DNA of 36,503 nt from Bigelowiella natans CCMP2755 (taxonomy: Eukaryota; Protista; Cercozoa), in the NCBI GenBank assembly GCA_000320545.1, contig ADNK01002535.1, forward strand, positions 1 through 36,503. Direction: 5' to 3'. The notes under the pieces are model-generated. The model did not search any database, was not told the DNA's origin, and worked only from the letters and a program-made list of their open reading frames with translations. Positions 24,446 to 36,503 of this stretch are shown in pieces; the first letter of the stretch is position 1, and each line of letters begins with the position of its first letter. The position numbers and the translations under genes were made by a program.

Positions 24446-25162
24446 GGGGTGCTCCTTGAAATGAGTATTGGGGGGACTGAGTTTTGGAGATTGTGGATCG
24501 AGTATCCAGAAAATTTCAACAGAATTTATCACTATGCTCGAAGAAAATATGGCTAATTTTAGTTTACGACATCCAAAAACTCAAGCCGCTTTTAAAAAAC
24601 ATCCTGAAGGCCTGACGCAACTTTTTAAAATTGAGAACTTAAGATTCTTAACTCCAAGCAGACGCGAAGTGCTAAGAGGCAAACGTTACAACGTTAAGCT
24701 GAATATACATGTCGCATTGTAAATATCGCCTACGTCTCAATTAAATCTTTTTCTGAGAACTTTCTTGCTAGGATAGCTGTTGTCCTTATGTCATAATGGC
24801 CTGCTCTTAAAATTTTAGGAACATTCTCGGAATGGGGAGCGACATGAATTTTACATTGCGACAAGGAAAAACTGTTGACGGCCACGGTACATCTTAAGGG
24901 TTGTTCTCTCGTTTGTTGAAATGGCAGGTACTTTCTCAGATCTGCGACAATACACTGGCGGTAAAATTTGATTGTTGTCGCAGGATGAGAATCAACAATT
25001 GCACATTGTCTCAGGGTGCAAAATCGAGATTTTGCTTGTGTTCCTGGAAACTGCTCGGAGCACGAAAGACAATGCGCGGAATGTTGAACTCTGCAGGTTG
25101 TGCATTTCAGCAGCTCGAAGTAAGCGTTCTAACAGCAATATGAACAGTGCAAAATGCATCAC

Positions 25163-25233
25163 TTTGTGGTCATCGGTTCGAACCCGATAGTTTCCTCCAA
25201 ATGGGAATTTAGCTCAGCTGGTAGAGCATCAAA
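25163..25233 (+). tRNA. Circularly permuted tRNA-like sequence: the 3' half (variable loop, T arm, acceptor 3' strand, CCA) precedes the 5' half (acceptor 5' strand, D arm); anticodon unresolved
   Basis: T arm ATCGG-TTCGAAC-CCGAT (25172-25188), AGTTTCC-T-CCA (25189-25199), AAT, then GGGAATT-TA-GCTC-AGCTGGTA-GAGC-A (25203-25228). The acceptor strands pair 7/7 with two G-U pairs. Confidence 0.6.
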
Positions 25234-25609
25234 AACAAACGAACGCTGTTTTTGCTTTTCGTTCATTTTTTGCTTGAACGTGGCTTTCTTGTTGCTCAGG
25301 GAAGGATCCATTCTGTGGCTCCCTAGTGGACTGTGCAACGTCTTCACGAATGGATGACAGCCATCACAGGAACGACCAACGTTTGTTTCGTGCCACCTCT
25401 GGACCTGCAGGGAAGAGCAAGAATTGTGGTCACCGTGCAATTGGTGACAGAAAGATGCGAGGAGCGAATATCTATAATGCGAGAATGACGAACGTGTTGA
25501 CGACGCGCCACCAATCAACCACCTGTTGAGTGCTCGGAGGTAAGTGTTGTGAGAGACCACAGAAACCATCCTAGAAAAATTGGCTGGACTGACGACTGCC
25601 GCTGCCACC

Positions 25610-26281
25610 AAGCTAGCTAGCCACGCTGGCCCAGCCAGCTAGTCTTTTCCACTCGCAGAGTGCTCCATGGCAGTGTTTCAAGGTTTGTGCGGAAGCTCAT
25701 GCATGCTCTCATTCAAGAGGCAAAGACTTGCTGACGTGATCAAGATCCTTATCTTCTGATGTGGTGTGAGAGCAGCAGCCCACGTGGCATCACATGCTGG
25801 CATGGCGTGATGAGCCCCTGCACACCAGCACGAACTGGTGCGAACGAAGTTGCGCAGCGCAAATCAAGGAAGACAGGCATGAGTAAAAAAGAGGAACGCC
25901 GACGACGTGCACACTCCAGACTCCTACTAGCATGCTAGCATGGCTCAAGTGCTTTGCATTTGCTGCCATGCTGAATTGACTCAGAATGGTGTACATGCAT
26001 GATGTCTGTCAAGCTAAGCTAGTAAGGTCCATGGACAAATCTTTGCATCTAGACATGCTGGCAAACTTGCACATGCAGACATGCACGTCTATGATCTGGA
26101 GATGGGCAGTTAGTCTAGCTCGATCCCCGCTGAGCAACAACGGCTGTCTAGCTGTGTCGACACAGCTAGCTGATCATTGCGTGCATGGCGAATTGGTGCT
26201 CCCTAGCTCCGCACATGCATCGCGAACACATCTAGATGTGTCATAGCTAGATAGCAACACCTAGACTGCTCACATGCATTG
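25610..26281. repeat. Degenerate CTAG/CATG-rich island
   Basis: Same compositional signature as the other intergenic islands. Confidence 0.4.
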
Positions 26282-27160
26282 GATCATTTTTTTTCATTAA
26301 AATTTTCCGAGATGGACAAGCTGAGCTCGCTGTGCAAGTGTCATCAGTCTAATACGTACTCTAGGCACTTCCAATGGTAGTAGTTGTCTGTGTTGTGTTC
26401 AGCAGAGGCTGGCAATCTTTTCTAAGCTTGAGCCGTAAAATTGTTGTTGTTCTTCTTCTTCTTCATTGTTTCCGTTGTGTCTTTCGATCGTTAATGTGCC
26501 AAGCGCGTCGGTCCTTGCACAGCACAGGGTTGAGCAAATCTTGCACAGCACAGGGTTGAGAAAATCAAAATCCTGGGAATTATACCTACAACAACAACAT
26601 CATCCTCTCAATGATAAGTGAGCAAATGGAAGATCAAGGTAGTCCTACCTTTATTAGTGTATCCTCTGTTCGAGCCCCTGTGCGAACGCCTAGAGATAAA
26701 GTTGTAGAAATAATTAGTAGGGGAGGGCAGAAGGAGAGCACACCGCAAAGGTGGATGGTGGTGATGGTGGCAACAATACGAACGGGGAAACAAAGAGAAT
26801 GGAATATAAAGAAAATGGAAGAAAGCAAAAAGACTAAACAGGATACGCTTTTCACCCTTCCGGACGCGAAGACAAAAAGCACGCATTTGGGGCTTTCGAC
26901 GCGATATACCAAGCCCTGTTTAATGATAATAAAAAGAAATCGTTTCTATTTCGAAATTATCGTCGAACCCGGTTTCAAGTACTCCTGTTATTACCACAAC
27001 ACGTATGCGAGCACCATTGAGGCAACTCAACTCTATTATCCCCGACCCGTTATATTCATGCCAGGCAGAAGCTGCCTCTTCAAAACCATCCCTTTCCTTG
27101 AGAGATAGGACTTCCGTTAGTTTTTTACGCTTCATGTTTGGCGAAAGGGCAGAACCGTGG
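26282..27160 (+). repeat. Left copy (segments A+B) of an inverted segmental duplication; internally deleted
   Basis: 26282-26966 aligns to the reverse complement of 30886-31591, and 26960-27160 aligns to the reverse complement of 27676-27886. Shared ORF peptide TGKQREWNIKKMEESKKT...TLPDAKTKSTHLGLSTRYTKPCLMI. Confidence 0.9.
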
Positions 27161-27675
27161 GCCAGGCCGGGCCGTCGGTAGAGAAGAAATCAGTCGGCAG
27201 AGAAAGAAATCCAGGAAAAATAATATAGAGATTGTACCGTTACTTCCGTTACTGACGGATAAGGAGGACGCAAATGACCTTGATTTATGCTGATAGCTGT
27301 GCTGAGAATGGCCTGATAGACAAGTTTTAATCCGGCCTGGATCTAAGGAAGGTATCAGATAATATCGCATATATCTTCCATCGCTGTGAACGAATATAAC
27401 CTCTTTCACTGCGTATCTTTTTCCTCGGCGACTTATCTTCCGAGAAATATCGGTGGAACATCTGAGAACATCGCTAACTCTTTTTCGACGAAAATTCTTA
27501 GTGTTGTCCCCGTCAATCCAGGAACGCTAATTTTGCTCTCGCAAACAGAATCACTTCATCACGAATCGCACTGCAATTGAACCTATAAACGGTAAATACG
27601 GGGATATTTGTGCCAAAATCCACGGCGATTACTATTACGAATCATCATCTAATCCATCCAACACAACTCGGCTGA

Positions 27676-28927
27676 CACGAGTCCTGCCCTTTCGCCAAAC
27701 ATGAAGCTCAAAGCATTAATGGGAGGGCTGTCTCTCAATGAATTGGACGGTTTTGAGGAGGTAGTTTTGAGCTGGCATGAATAGAATGGGTCGGGGATAA
27801 AAGGATCGAGTTGTCACAATGGTGCTCGCTTACGCGTTGTGGTGATAATAGGAGCTAGAAGAGGAACTTGAAACCGAGATAGACGAACTTCTCCAGAAGG
27901 GAGAGGTGCGTGTGCATTCTAAACCCAACCTTCATATGAAAAAATATATGCATATTACCCACTCTTTTCGTTGTTTGTGTCAAATACGGGTTCACGTCTT
28001 CATCACGTACATGTATGCATGCTAGTATTGCATACACGTGTGTAGGCATATACTTGCATGTATACTACTACATTCGTTTGCCACATCCGTATCACTTATC
28101 ATCTGGTTGGCTCAGATAAAACCTACCGGTGTGAAGGAGGAGTCCGACAGTAAGCAGGCCGAGAGCAAGGAGGACGAGATAGAGAAGAATGTACATTCTT
28201 GTTAATTCCAACCTTACAACCATCCACCTCCTTACTGCCCTCCTCTCTGCGTTCCCCCGAGAGGGGAGGGGTAAATATGATGATGAAACGCCTGATAATA
28301 GTAACTCTTTATGTTTGCTGAACGAGCGTTTCTGCTGACTTTAATGATTCACGTCGATTGGGGCGTCGCTGAACATTGAAATCCACGTACTCTCTCTGCC
28401 TCTTCTCCGATTATTTGTGATGGCTTCTGCTTCTTCCTACATAGGTGGTGAAACCTCGAATAAAGGGCGTGATGTCTAGGATGAATCTAGCAGTCGAGCA
28501 GATTGACCTCTTGGTTGTTGCTGTTTGATATCAGCATTTCATTTTGAAACGGAGTCTTATCCTGTTCCAACATGAAGAGATCGTGTTCATATGATGAGCT
28601 TCTGCTGTTGTTTTTACGTTCGAAATGCTGAACCAACTCACCCACAACAACCACCGGCACTTCTCACTTTTTACTGCTCTCCTTTTTACCTGCCTGCTAC
28701 AGAGTCTGACACAGAAGATGAGGAACACGGAGTGAGTAGTGACGATGCGAAGAAGAATGATGATGATGATAATGATGATGATGGTATTGCTGGTCTATAT
28801 GCGTACGTACTACCTACAGGGTAACAATACTCGTTTCTTGAAACAGAATTTACAACCCTCTCCTCCCTGTCTAATACTGCTGCTGCTGCTGCTGCTGCCG
28901 CTCTCCCCTCTCCCTCTCCCTTCCCCC

Positions 28928-28965
<38 letters not shown>

Positions 28966-29754
28966 AACTCTCTTTCACGTTCATGGTAAAAGATACAACC
29001 CAAAGCGTTATCCTGGACTAATCCTCCGCTCCCGACAACCAAGGAGTGTATCTTCGATCTTCGCGTCTGGAAAGGTCGTCGTTGCCGTCGTTTGTAGTCA
29101 TCGTTTACGAGGGCGATCGTGGAGGAATAAGAATCACTGAGAGAGCGCTGCTCTGCTCTGCTCATACTCGACGCTGCTGCTTCTGCCATAGGTCACCCTC
29201 CAGACTCGCACCACAGGGGAGGCAAAGCAAGCTGCGAGAAAGTAGGAAGAAGAGAAAACGCTTTATTGATCTAGATATATACTTCGTATTTTGTCACATT
29301 TTCTTCTTCTTGAGTTTCTCTCTCTCTCTCTTCTCTCTTTCTCTCTCCCCCCCCCTATTCTCTCTGATTTCGTGTGGGTTGTTGGAGTATCAATTGTATG
29401 CTCATAGTAGTATAATCCAAAGGCCATTGTTGGCAGAACGAACTACTGCATTAACACAAAATATTAATAATGTCTCCGCCCACACACACGCACACACAAA
29501 CACACACGCAAACCTCGTCGCGATTTGTATATATTGCAAAAATTAAAATGAATGGTATTTGGCACTTTTTACCATCCAAAGAGTGGCGAAGCTAGTACAG
29601 AAGATAACAGGGAATGATAGTGTCAGATGCAGCGATTTCGAGGTTCTATCCATTATTTATTCATTATAAATATGAAAATTGACCCATTGCATCGCGCACT
29701 TGTTACGCATACAGCACCTTTCCGTTGTGAGGAAGTTGGATTTTCATTTCTTTT

Positions 29755-29836
<82 letters not shown>

Positions 29837-29944
29837 GTATTTTTTACGATATAATTGCTTCGTTTTCATTTTTGGAGCGAGAAGGTGACATGATGCGATT
29901 CATTACTGTCGTCTTGTTGTCATATCACTGCGATAATGCTAATA

Positions 29945-29976
<32 letters not shown>

Positions 29977-30688
29977 ACTACTCCGTACTGACCTCTCCTG
30001 ACAAAAACGATGAAAATATAGATTACTAATATCCTTGGATCGGGCTCTGTACCCTTCCGTGTTAGATTAGAAAGTAAGTACGCTTCACCAACTGCCACCA
30101 TAGGAGCATTTAAGTAGTCGCAGTAGTAGTAGTTGTAAAAGTTGTAGTAGTAGTAGTAGTAGTAGTAGTAGTTAGAACAACTCGGGGCTGCTACCAATCA
30201 ATACCCTACTACCTAATACAGTTTATTTGCGTGATATGGAGCTGATTTGTATAAGAACATATGGCAATGATGATGCTACCGTGTTTCTTGCTGTTTCTGT
30301 CTGGTCTGGTGATAATAAATGGATGTTCGATGAAAAGTGATGATTTCCGCTAAGCTTTCTATCCTTCATCGCCATCATTATCATCATCATCACCACCACC
30401 ACCATCGTCATTATCGTCATCATAACCATCATCGTTTGCTGTCCAAATAGATCTCGCATCAGAACATCATAAATACGCTAGTTATGAGCCTGACCTTTTC
30501 CCTGGTAGTATTATTATTATTATTAGTAGTAGTAGTAGTGGTAGTAATAGTATAGTAATGTGGTGTTTAGCTACCGTTTACTACTGAATATCTCGCATGC
30601 AGCTTCTACATTTCGTCATCAGAAATACACCATACATAAAATTTGCACACACACACATACACACACACACACAACACACACAACACAC

Positions 30689-30725
<37 letters not shown>

Positions 30726-31591
30726 GTTCTTGCCGCCGATAATCAGTTTATTTGCTTGGGATTTAGAAGAAATAATGCCATCTTCCGAATCTGAAAAAAA
30801 TGCGTTTTCTCCTTCAGCAGCAGTGTTTATTGCCGCTGTGCCACGATGCCGGCAAATACGCATCGTCGCCTTTACTTCTTCTTTATCTAACGGCAATTTC
30901 GAAATAGAAACGATTTCTTTTTTCCCTATCATTAAACAAGGCTTGGTATATCGCGTCGAAAGCCCCAAATGCGTGCTCTTGGTCTTCGCGTCCGGAAGGG
31001 TGAGAAGCGCCTCCCGTTCAGTCTTTTTGCTTTCTTCCATTTTCTTTATATTCCATTCTCTTTGTTTCCCCGTTCGTGCTAGTATCGCCATCACCACCAT
31101 CCACCAACACCGCTACTTTGCGGCGTGTTCTCCTTCTGCCCTCCCCTACTAATTATTTCCACCACGACTCTATTTATCTCTAGGTGGTTCTCACAGGGGC
31201 TCGGACAGAGGATGCACTAATGAAGGTAGGACTACCCTGATCTTCCATTCGCTCAGTGCTCATTGAGAGGATGTTGTTGTTGTTGTTGTGCGTATAATTT
31301 CCAGGGTTTCGATTTGCTCTACCCCGTGCTGTGCAAGCATCGACGTGCATAGCACACTAACGATCAATAGACATACCAGAAACAATGAAGAAGAAGAACA
31401 ACAAGAACAAGAAGAAGAATAACCATTTTACGGCTCAAGCTTAGTTAGAAAGGACTGCCAGCCTCTGCTGCACACAACACAGAACAACTACTACCATTGG
31501 AATTCGTGTGAGACTGATGATACGTGCATAGCACACACCTCTCGAGCTCAGCTTGTCCATTTCAGAAAAGTTTAATAAAACAAAATTAATC
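27676..31591 (-). pseudogene. Right (long) copy of the inverted duplication; a decayed intron-containing gene-like region encoding low-complexity peptides
   Basis: Contains A' and B' separated by about 3 kb. Exon-like blocks are flanked by (TA)n/(CA)n/(CT)n intron-type microsatellites, but the frames are broken by stops and shifts. The duplication is certain; pseudogene status is inferred. Confidence 0.45.
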
Positions 31592-31599
31592 ACGTGAAT

Positions 31600-32700
31600 G
31601 ATTGTAATTTGATCAGTCTTACTAGCTTCGGTGTTGTTGCTATCTGTGGCATGCATAAATGTGCATGCAGCACGAGCTAGATGCCATGCACAGCAGCCAT
31701 TCGCTTTAGATTTTACGCACGCAATACACTAGTTCTACAGTTCTGGAGTTGCACAGAAACAGCCTTGATTTGCTTGCGCACACGTCTAGACGTCTAGCTA
31801 GCCGTGACCATACGTAGAGACATCACGCGCTATGCTAGCATGCTAGCGTGTAGCATGGTAGCAGACGTGTAGCCTGTGCTAGCAGTCCCATCGCTAGATC
31901 GATAGATCGGGCCTATCAGCCACATGCTAGCTGCTGCAGTGCAGTCTAGATCGAGCGTGACTGGCATCTTCTAGATCTCATTACCTTTCGCATTGTCATT
32001 CTAGCATTGCTCACATCGCTCTTCGATCCACAAATTGCGCTAATAAGCTCTCTAGCTCTGGCTAGCTGAGCATTTCTACTGCTAGATAATCTAGCTAGAG
32101 CTCTGCTAGATTGTGCTGCTACTAGCTACTAGCTAGCTAGCTAGCTAGTTTACAATGGTGGCGCTTGATCGACCCGGCATGCTGCTAGCATGTTATTGTG
32201 CCACATGTGATAGCTAGCATGCTCGATCTAGGCCAACATGGGGCTCCGCATGCTAGTGCTAGCTAGCTAGCTAGCATGCTAGCATGACTGACGGCTTTGA
32301 CATCAGAACTAAGCCGAAGCATCAAGATTCATCAATAACAAATTGTTCATGTCATTTCGTGCGCAAGTGCGTGCCAGCAAACTAGCAAACGCAGTGTAGA
32401 CATTTGCAAAGCATGCACCGCATGCGCACCGTACCAACGCACACTAGTACATGCTAGCATGGCGTCTAGCGCGCATTGCATGCTAGATTGCCCATGCACC
32501 CCGCCGCTAGCCCGCCGCACACCATTGCATGTAACCGCACCTCTAGACCTCTAGATCTAGTTAGCTAGACACGTGCATATGCATAACACACAAATAAATT
32601 CACGCGTACATCAACTACCGGTTATGATGTAATGAACATACTGTAATTGCATCGATCTGAGCACACGCTACTGATGGTGGTTTGCCCACATGCACACTAG
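31600..32700. repeat. Degenerate CTAG-saturated intergenic island
   Basis: For example actagctactagctagctagctagctag at about 32121-32148; very high CTAG/GCATGC density. Confidence 0.5.
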
Positions 32701-32729
32701 ATAGAAAGCGCATTAAAGAGAGACCTTCC

Positions 32730-32777
32730 TCACCCAAACAACTCATCTATGTTGATGCCTAGGAATAATCAAAGAGA

Positions 32778-32859
<82 letters not shown>

Positions 32860-33056
32860 CAGAAATATCGCCGAAAAACGCAACGACCGTTATCCTAGTG
32901 AGAAGGGAACTCCAAAAGGTAAAATTGCAGAGCAATAATTAATAAATATAGCACCATGTAGCCTGCTCTTACATCGCACTAACATGACTACGATTCATCA
33001 ACAACTTGTATGTGCTGTGTATATGCGTGCGTGCGTGCGTGCGTGCGTGTGTATTG

Positions 33057-33092
<36 letters not shown>

Positions 33093-33305
33093 ACCTCCTA
33101 GATACTGCTTCTGAGGCTGCTGCTGCTGCTGCTGCTGCTGCTGTTTGGCCATATTTTGTCTATCCTGCGCGTGTGCCGACGAAGGTGCGTTGTTGCTCCG
33201 GCCATACGCTTTCCGTTCTTTGCTAAGACCGCGCCTCCTGTGCACGCCAAATTACAGAAGAGAAATAATCAGAAGAGGGTGTGTTTCTTGGTTGTGCTAA
33301 GGAAA

Positions 33306-33345
<40 letters not shown>

Positions 33346-33683
33346 AGAGAGAGACACGCGCTCACCGCGAGTGCGTGCGCGCGCGTGTGCTTGGCACATT
33401 CTCTACTATGTGGTGCTTCCCACCACCACCTTGTGCTAGTGGGTGGCGCTGCCAACGTCGGAATAAAACTAGACGCCGTCGCTACGGAGGCTCCCCCCCC
33501 CCCTCCGGTGAAAGGATTCGAGGCAGAAGCCGTTGTCGCTTGGGGGGGATTGAAATGCGACTGGGTCGGAGGAGGGAATGCCGATGAGGAAGCATTGTTA
33601 TTGTACGTGAAGGCGCTATTGTTGTTGGAGTTTGTGCTGCTGGAATGACTATTCACCAGGTCAAATAAGCCCATGATATCATC

Positions 33684-33726
<43 letters not shown>

Positions 33727-33787
33727 CAACATCAAGCATTTTGTTATTTTCCAACATTTGGTACTACAAAAATTAGCCTCTGCGCGA

Positions 33788-33835
<48 letters not shown>

Positions 33836-33956
33836 CGTGTGTGTCGGTGTGTTTGTCTTGTATGCACGTCAAAACGAAATCATAATTGAGATATCCTTCT
33901 CCCCCCTCCCCCCCCCCTTTCACCTTCTACCTCGTCCTCTATATTAAGTGATAACA

Positions 33957-33996
<40 letters not shown>

Positions 33997-35141
33997 AATG
34001 TATATTGTATACCATACTTTTTACATTGACATTTCCCGTGCCACTACTACCTGCGCGCGACTGGTATTTGTATTGTTATTCGTCGTGGCCAATGCTGCTG
34101 CTGGCTGCTGCGAGCGGGTTGTCTAATGAGTATGGAAGATAACAAATGACGACGAGAAATAAAAACCCAGGGGCATTCGGCGTGGGAGAAAGTAATCATG
34201 CGTAAGGACGATTAAGCATCTTCTCCAGGCAGGCCCATGGATGCGCGTGCTACCAAAGGCGCTGACGCGTGAGTGCGCGCACGCGCGTATGTGTGTGCGC
34301 CAGAATGCGTCTCTCTCTCTCTCTTTCTTTCTTTGTACGTGTGTTTGCGTGTTTGCGTCTCTGTTTGTGCGTGTATTTGTGTTCATGGAAGAGTATGTGG
34401 AGATGGCACATAGAGTGTCACCAGCTGAGTAGTTGTACCTTTTCCACCATGTGTAGATTCTGGAGGTTTTGGTTGACCATATCTACCCTAAAGCACCAAC
34501 ACGCACACACAAGTATTGATAACTGCAAAATTCCAATATAGTCTTTGATAGATATGTATAAATATATTAATATGTGTGTGTGTGTGTGTGTGTGTGTTAT
34601 AAGAAGATAAAGAAAGGGGAGGGGGGGGAGGCGGAGGAGGAGAGAAGCATTACGATGAAGCAGCAGCCGCCCCATCGAGAGACTTGCGTCGTCTATAACG
34701 TTTGCATTGTACACACGTCAGCTTCTACAGGCCATCACACGCATATGTATCTTCAAGGTAGCAGCAGCAGCAGCAGGCAAAAATCCATACCGAGGACTTC
34801 CATTATTGAACACGAAATCGTCATCAAAGGCCTCCCAATCTGATAAGCGGGGCGAGGAATCACCCGGTAGAGCAGCCGCAACACAGCAAAAACAGCCTCA
34901 AAACAACTCGAATGCCGCCAAGAATAACGTTATAAACACATCTACAGCTGGTTTCAGGACAAGCCAAGTCGCAGCACAATGCTATCTCTCTCTCGCAATT
35001 CAATGCTATCACTCTCGCAGCCGCATATCGTGGGAGGTCCAGTGGATTGGGCGAACAACGCCAACCTGAGTGCTCTGTGCTAGTGCGGCTTCGGCCTTTT
35101 GCATCTCCATCTGATGCCAAGCATTTATGCGTATATTCATA

Positions 35142-35215
<74 letters not shown>

Positions 35216-35700
35216 TAGTGTAGTTTTTAATTTTTATACAATATATTCTCTATGCAGAGACGATTACTACACATGTGGCCTGAGAGTGTGTGCGTTTTGT
35301 CTATTATTTATGCAGCTTGGTTATGGTTATCATGGTGTAGTGCGGATTGCTCCTTACAGTATTCCTTCGGCTTCTTTTCTTTGTTGTCTTCTCCTATTAG
35401 CATGGGGCATCATTGTAGCGATGTCATGTATTTGACAATTCAGAAGGGCGCAGTTGGGATTAAATGCGAGAGCTATCTAACTAAAGTCGACTTTAAACCC
35501 CCCCCCCCCACACACACACACTCTCACACATTTATTCATCGATATAAAATAATACATATGTGCTGTGCGGAGTGTAAAGAAACACGTGTAGTAATGGCCA
35601 AAGGGTGGAGACGCTGACCTAGGAAATCGTCGAGGCTTATCACTTCCTCTCCCGCATCCATAGAGTCATTCTATCACGTACATTCATGGAAACTTAAGCG

Positions 35701-35753
<53 letters not shown>

Positions 35754-36037
35754 GTGTGTGTGCTTGTGTGTGTGTGTGTGTGATCTACTAATAATCAATA
35801 GTAATAGCAATATAATTACTGGCAGTGTCATTTTATACAAAGAAGAGAACCGCATCAACGCTCACAGCTTGATGGCCTTTTCTCGAGATCTTTTTCCCCT
35901 AAAACACACGCACACACACACACACACACAAATCCATATAAATGAGTTTTGGCACGCACACTGAGTCGCGCCTACCACACATAAACCGGAGTAAGCATTG
36001 CCGTTCTAACAAGACTAACCGAGGTGATATAATTCGC

Positions 36038-36078
<41 letters not shown>

Positions 36079-36101
36079 CTGCTACAATACGTGTATGTGT
36101 T

Positions 36102-36149
<48 letters not shown>

Positions 36150-36403
36150 CTTGAGAATGTGTGCATGCTGCTAGACGCCTCATGCGCGACGATCAACCTT
36201 GTTAAGACCGTCATCTAATTGACTTTCCAAACATTCTTTTACCTGCACAACCAACACACACACAAGGAGCATTAATCAAGGAGGGGGGGGAGTCACTCAA
36301 ACCCACTGAGCAGTAATATGATTACTTTGCTGAGCCATTGCGACGTCTTTTTAAGCTGGCGAGGAGTCATCAGGAGATCTGTGATATCCTTGCGTCTTAG
36401 CGC
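32730..36403 (-). CDS. 3' part of a multi-exon gene (5' end beyond the window) with a disordered tail carrying endocytic/clathrin-adaptor motifs
   Basis: Phase-consistent 3' exons: DWEAFDDDFVFNNGSPR (34839-34791) | VDMVNQNLQNLHMVEK | TTRSQQPAAAL...RAQ | DDIMGLFDL...ASNPFTGGGG...TSTR | RRGLSKERK...polyQ...QYLG | GINIDELFG* (stop at 32732-32730). Upstream exons VHKALRRKDITDLLMTPRQLKKTSQWLSK | VKECLESQLDDGLNK; junctions between 35.0 and 36.0 kb are unresolved. Confidence 0.6.
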
Positions 36404-36503
36404 CTTATGAACCTGTTTTCTGCGTGATGAAAGAAGACAAACATTCAAACACGCAATACCCACACGCACACGGAGACACACACACACACCCCACGGAGAG
36501 AGA

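Noticed and set aside
25180-25204. LTR primer-binding site on the minus strand (CA-TT-TGGAGGAAAC...)
   Set aside because: The tRNA match is longer than a PBS, the adjacent 5' half is unexplained, and no LTR pair or gag/pol is visible.
25163-25233. Two-piece (permuted) tmRNA, suggested by the permuted order, CCA and G3-U70
   Set aside because: It has a full D stem and a U discriminator, whereas tmRNA lacks a D stem and ends in ACCA; no tag reading frame is evident.
1-36503. Numerous track ORFs with YIYIY, CVCVC, HTHTH, poly-H/M/S runs, and antisense ORFs over RRM1 and RAS
   Set aside because: These are translations of intronic microsatellites or shadows of real exons.

Overview
Eukaryotic nuclear DNA from an intron-rich organism, probably a protist; the taxon cannot be fixed from sequence alone. 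Most ORFs in the supplied track are artefacts of microsatellites and introns. Manual GT-AG splicing gives three recognisable genes: the class Ia ribonucleotide reductase large subunit (minus strand, 5 exons), a mitochondrial pyruvate dehydrogenase E3-binding protein/PDHX-like gene lacking the catalytic His (plus strand, about 22 exons) and a Ras-family GTPase (minus strand, 2 exons). There are also three multi-exon genes of unknown function; two are cut by the window edges and one of those carries endocytic WxxF/NPF motifs. Intergenic islands have an odd composition (TpA-poor, TG/CA- and CTAG-rich), and one contains a MITE-like element. The window also holds an inverted duplication with a 3-kb internal deletion and a circularly permuted tRNA-like sequence (3' half, CCA, then 5' half) at about 25.2 kb.
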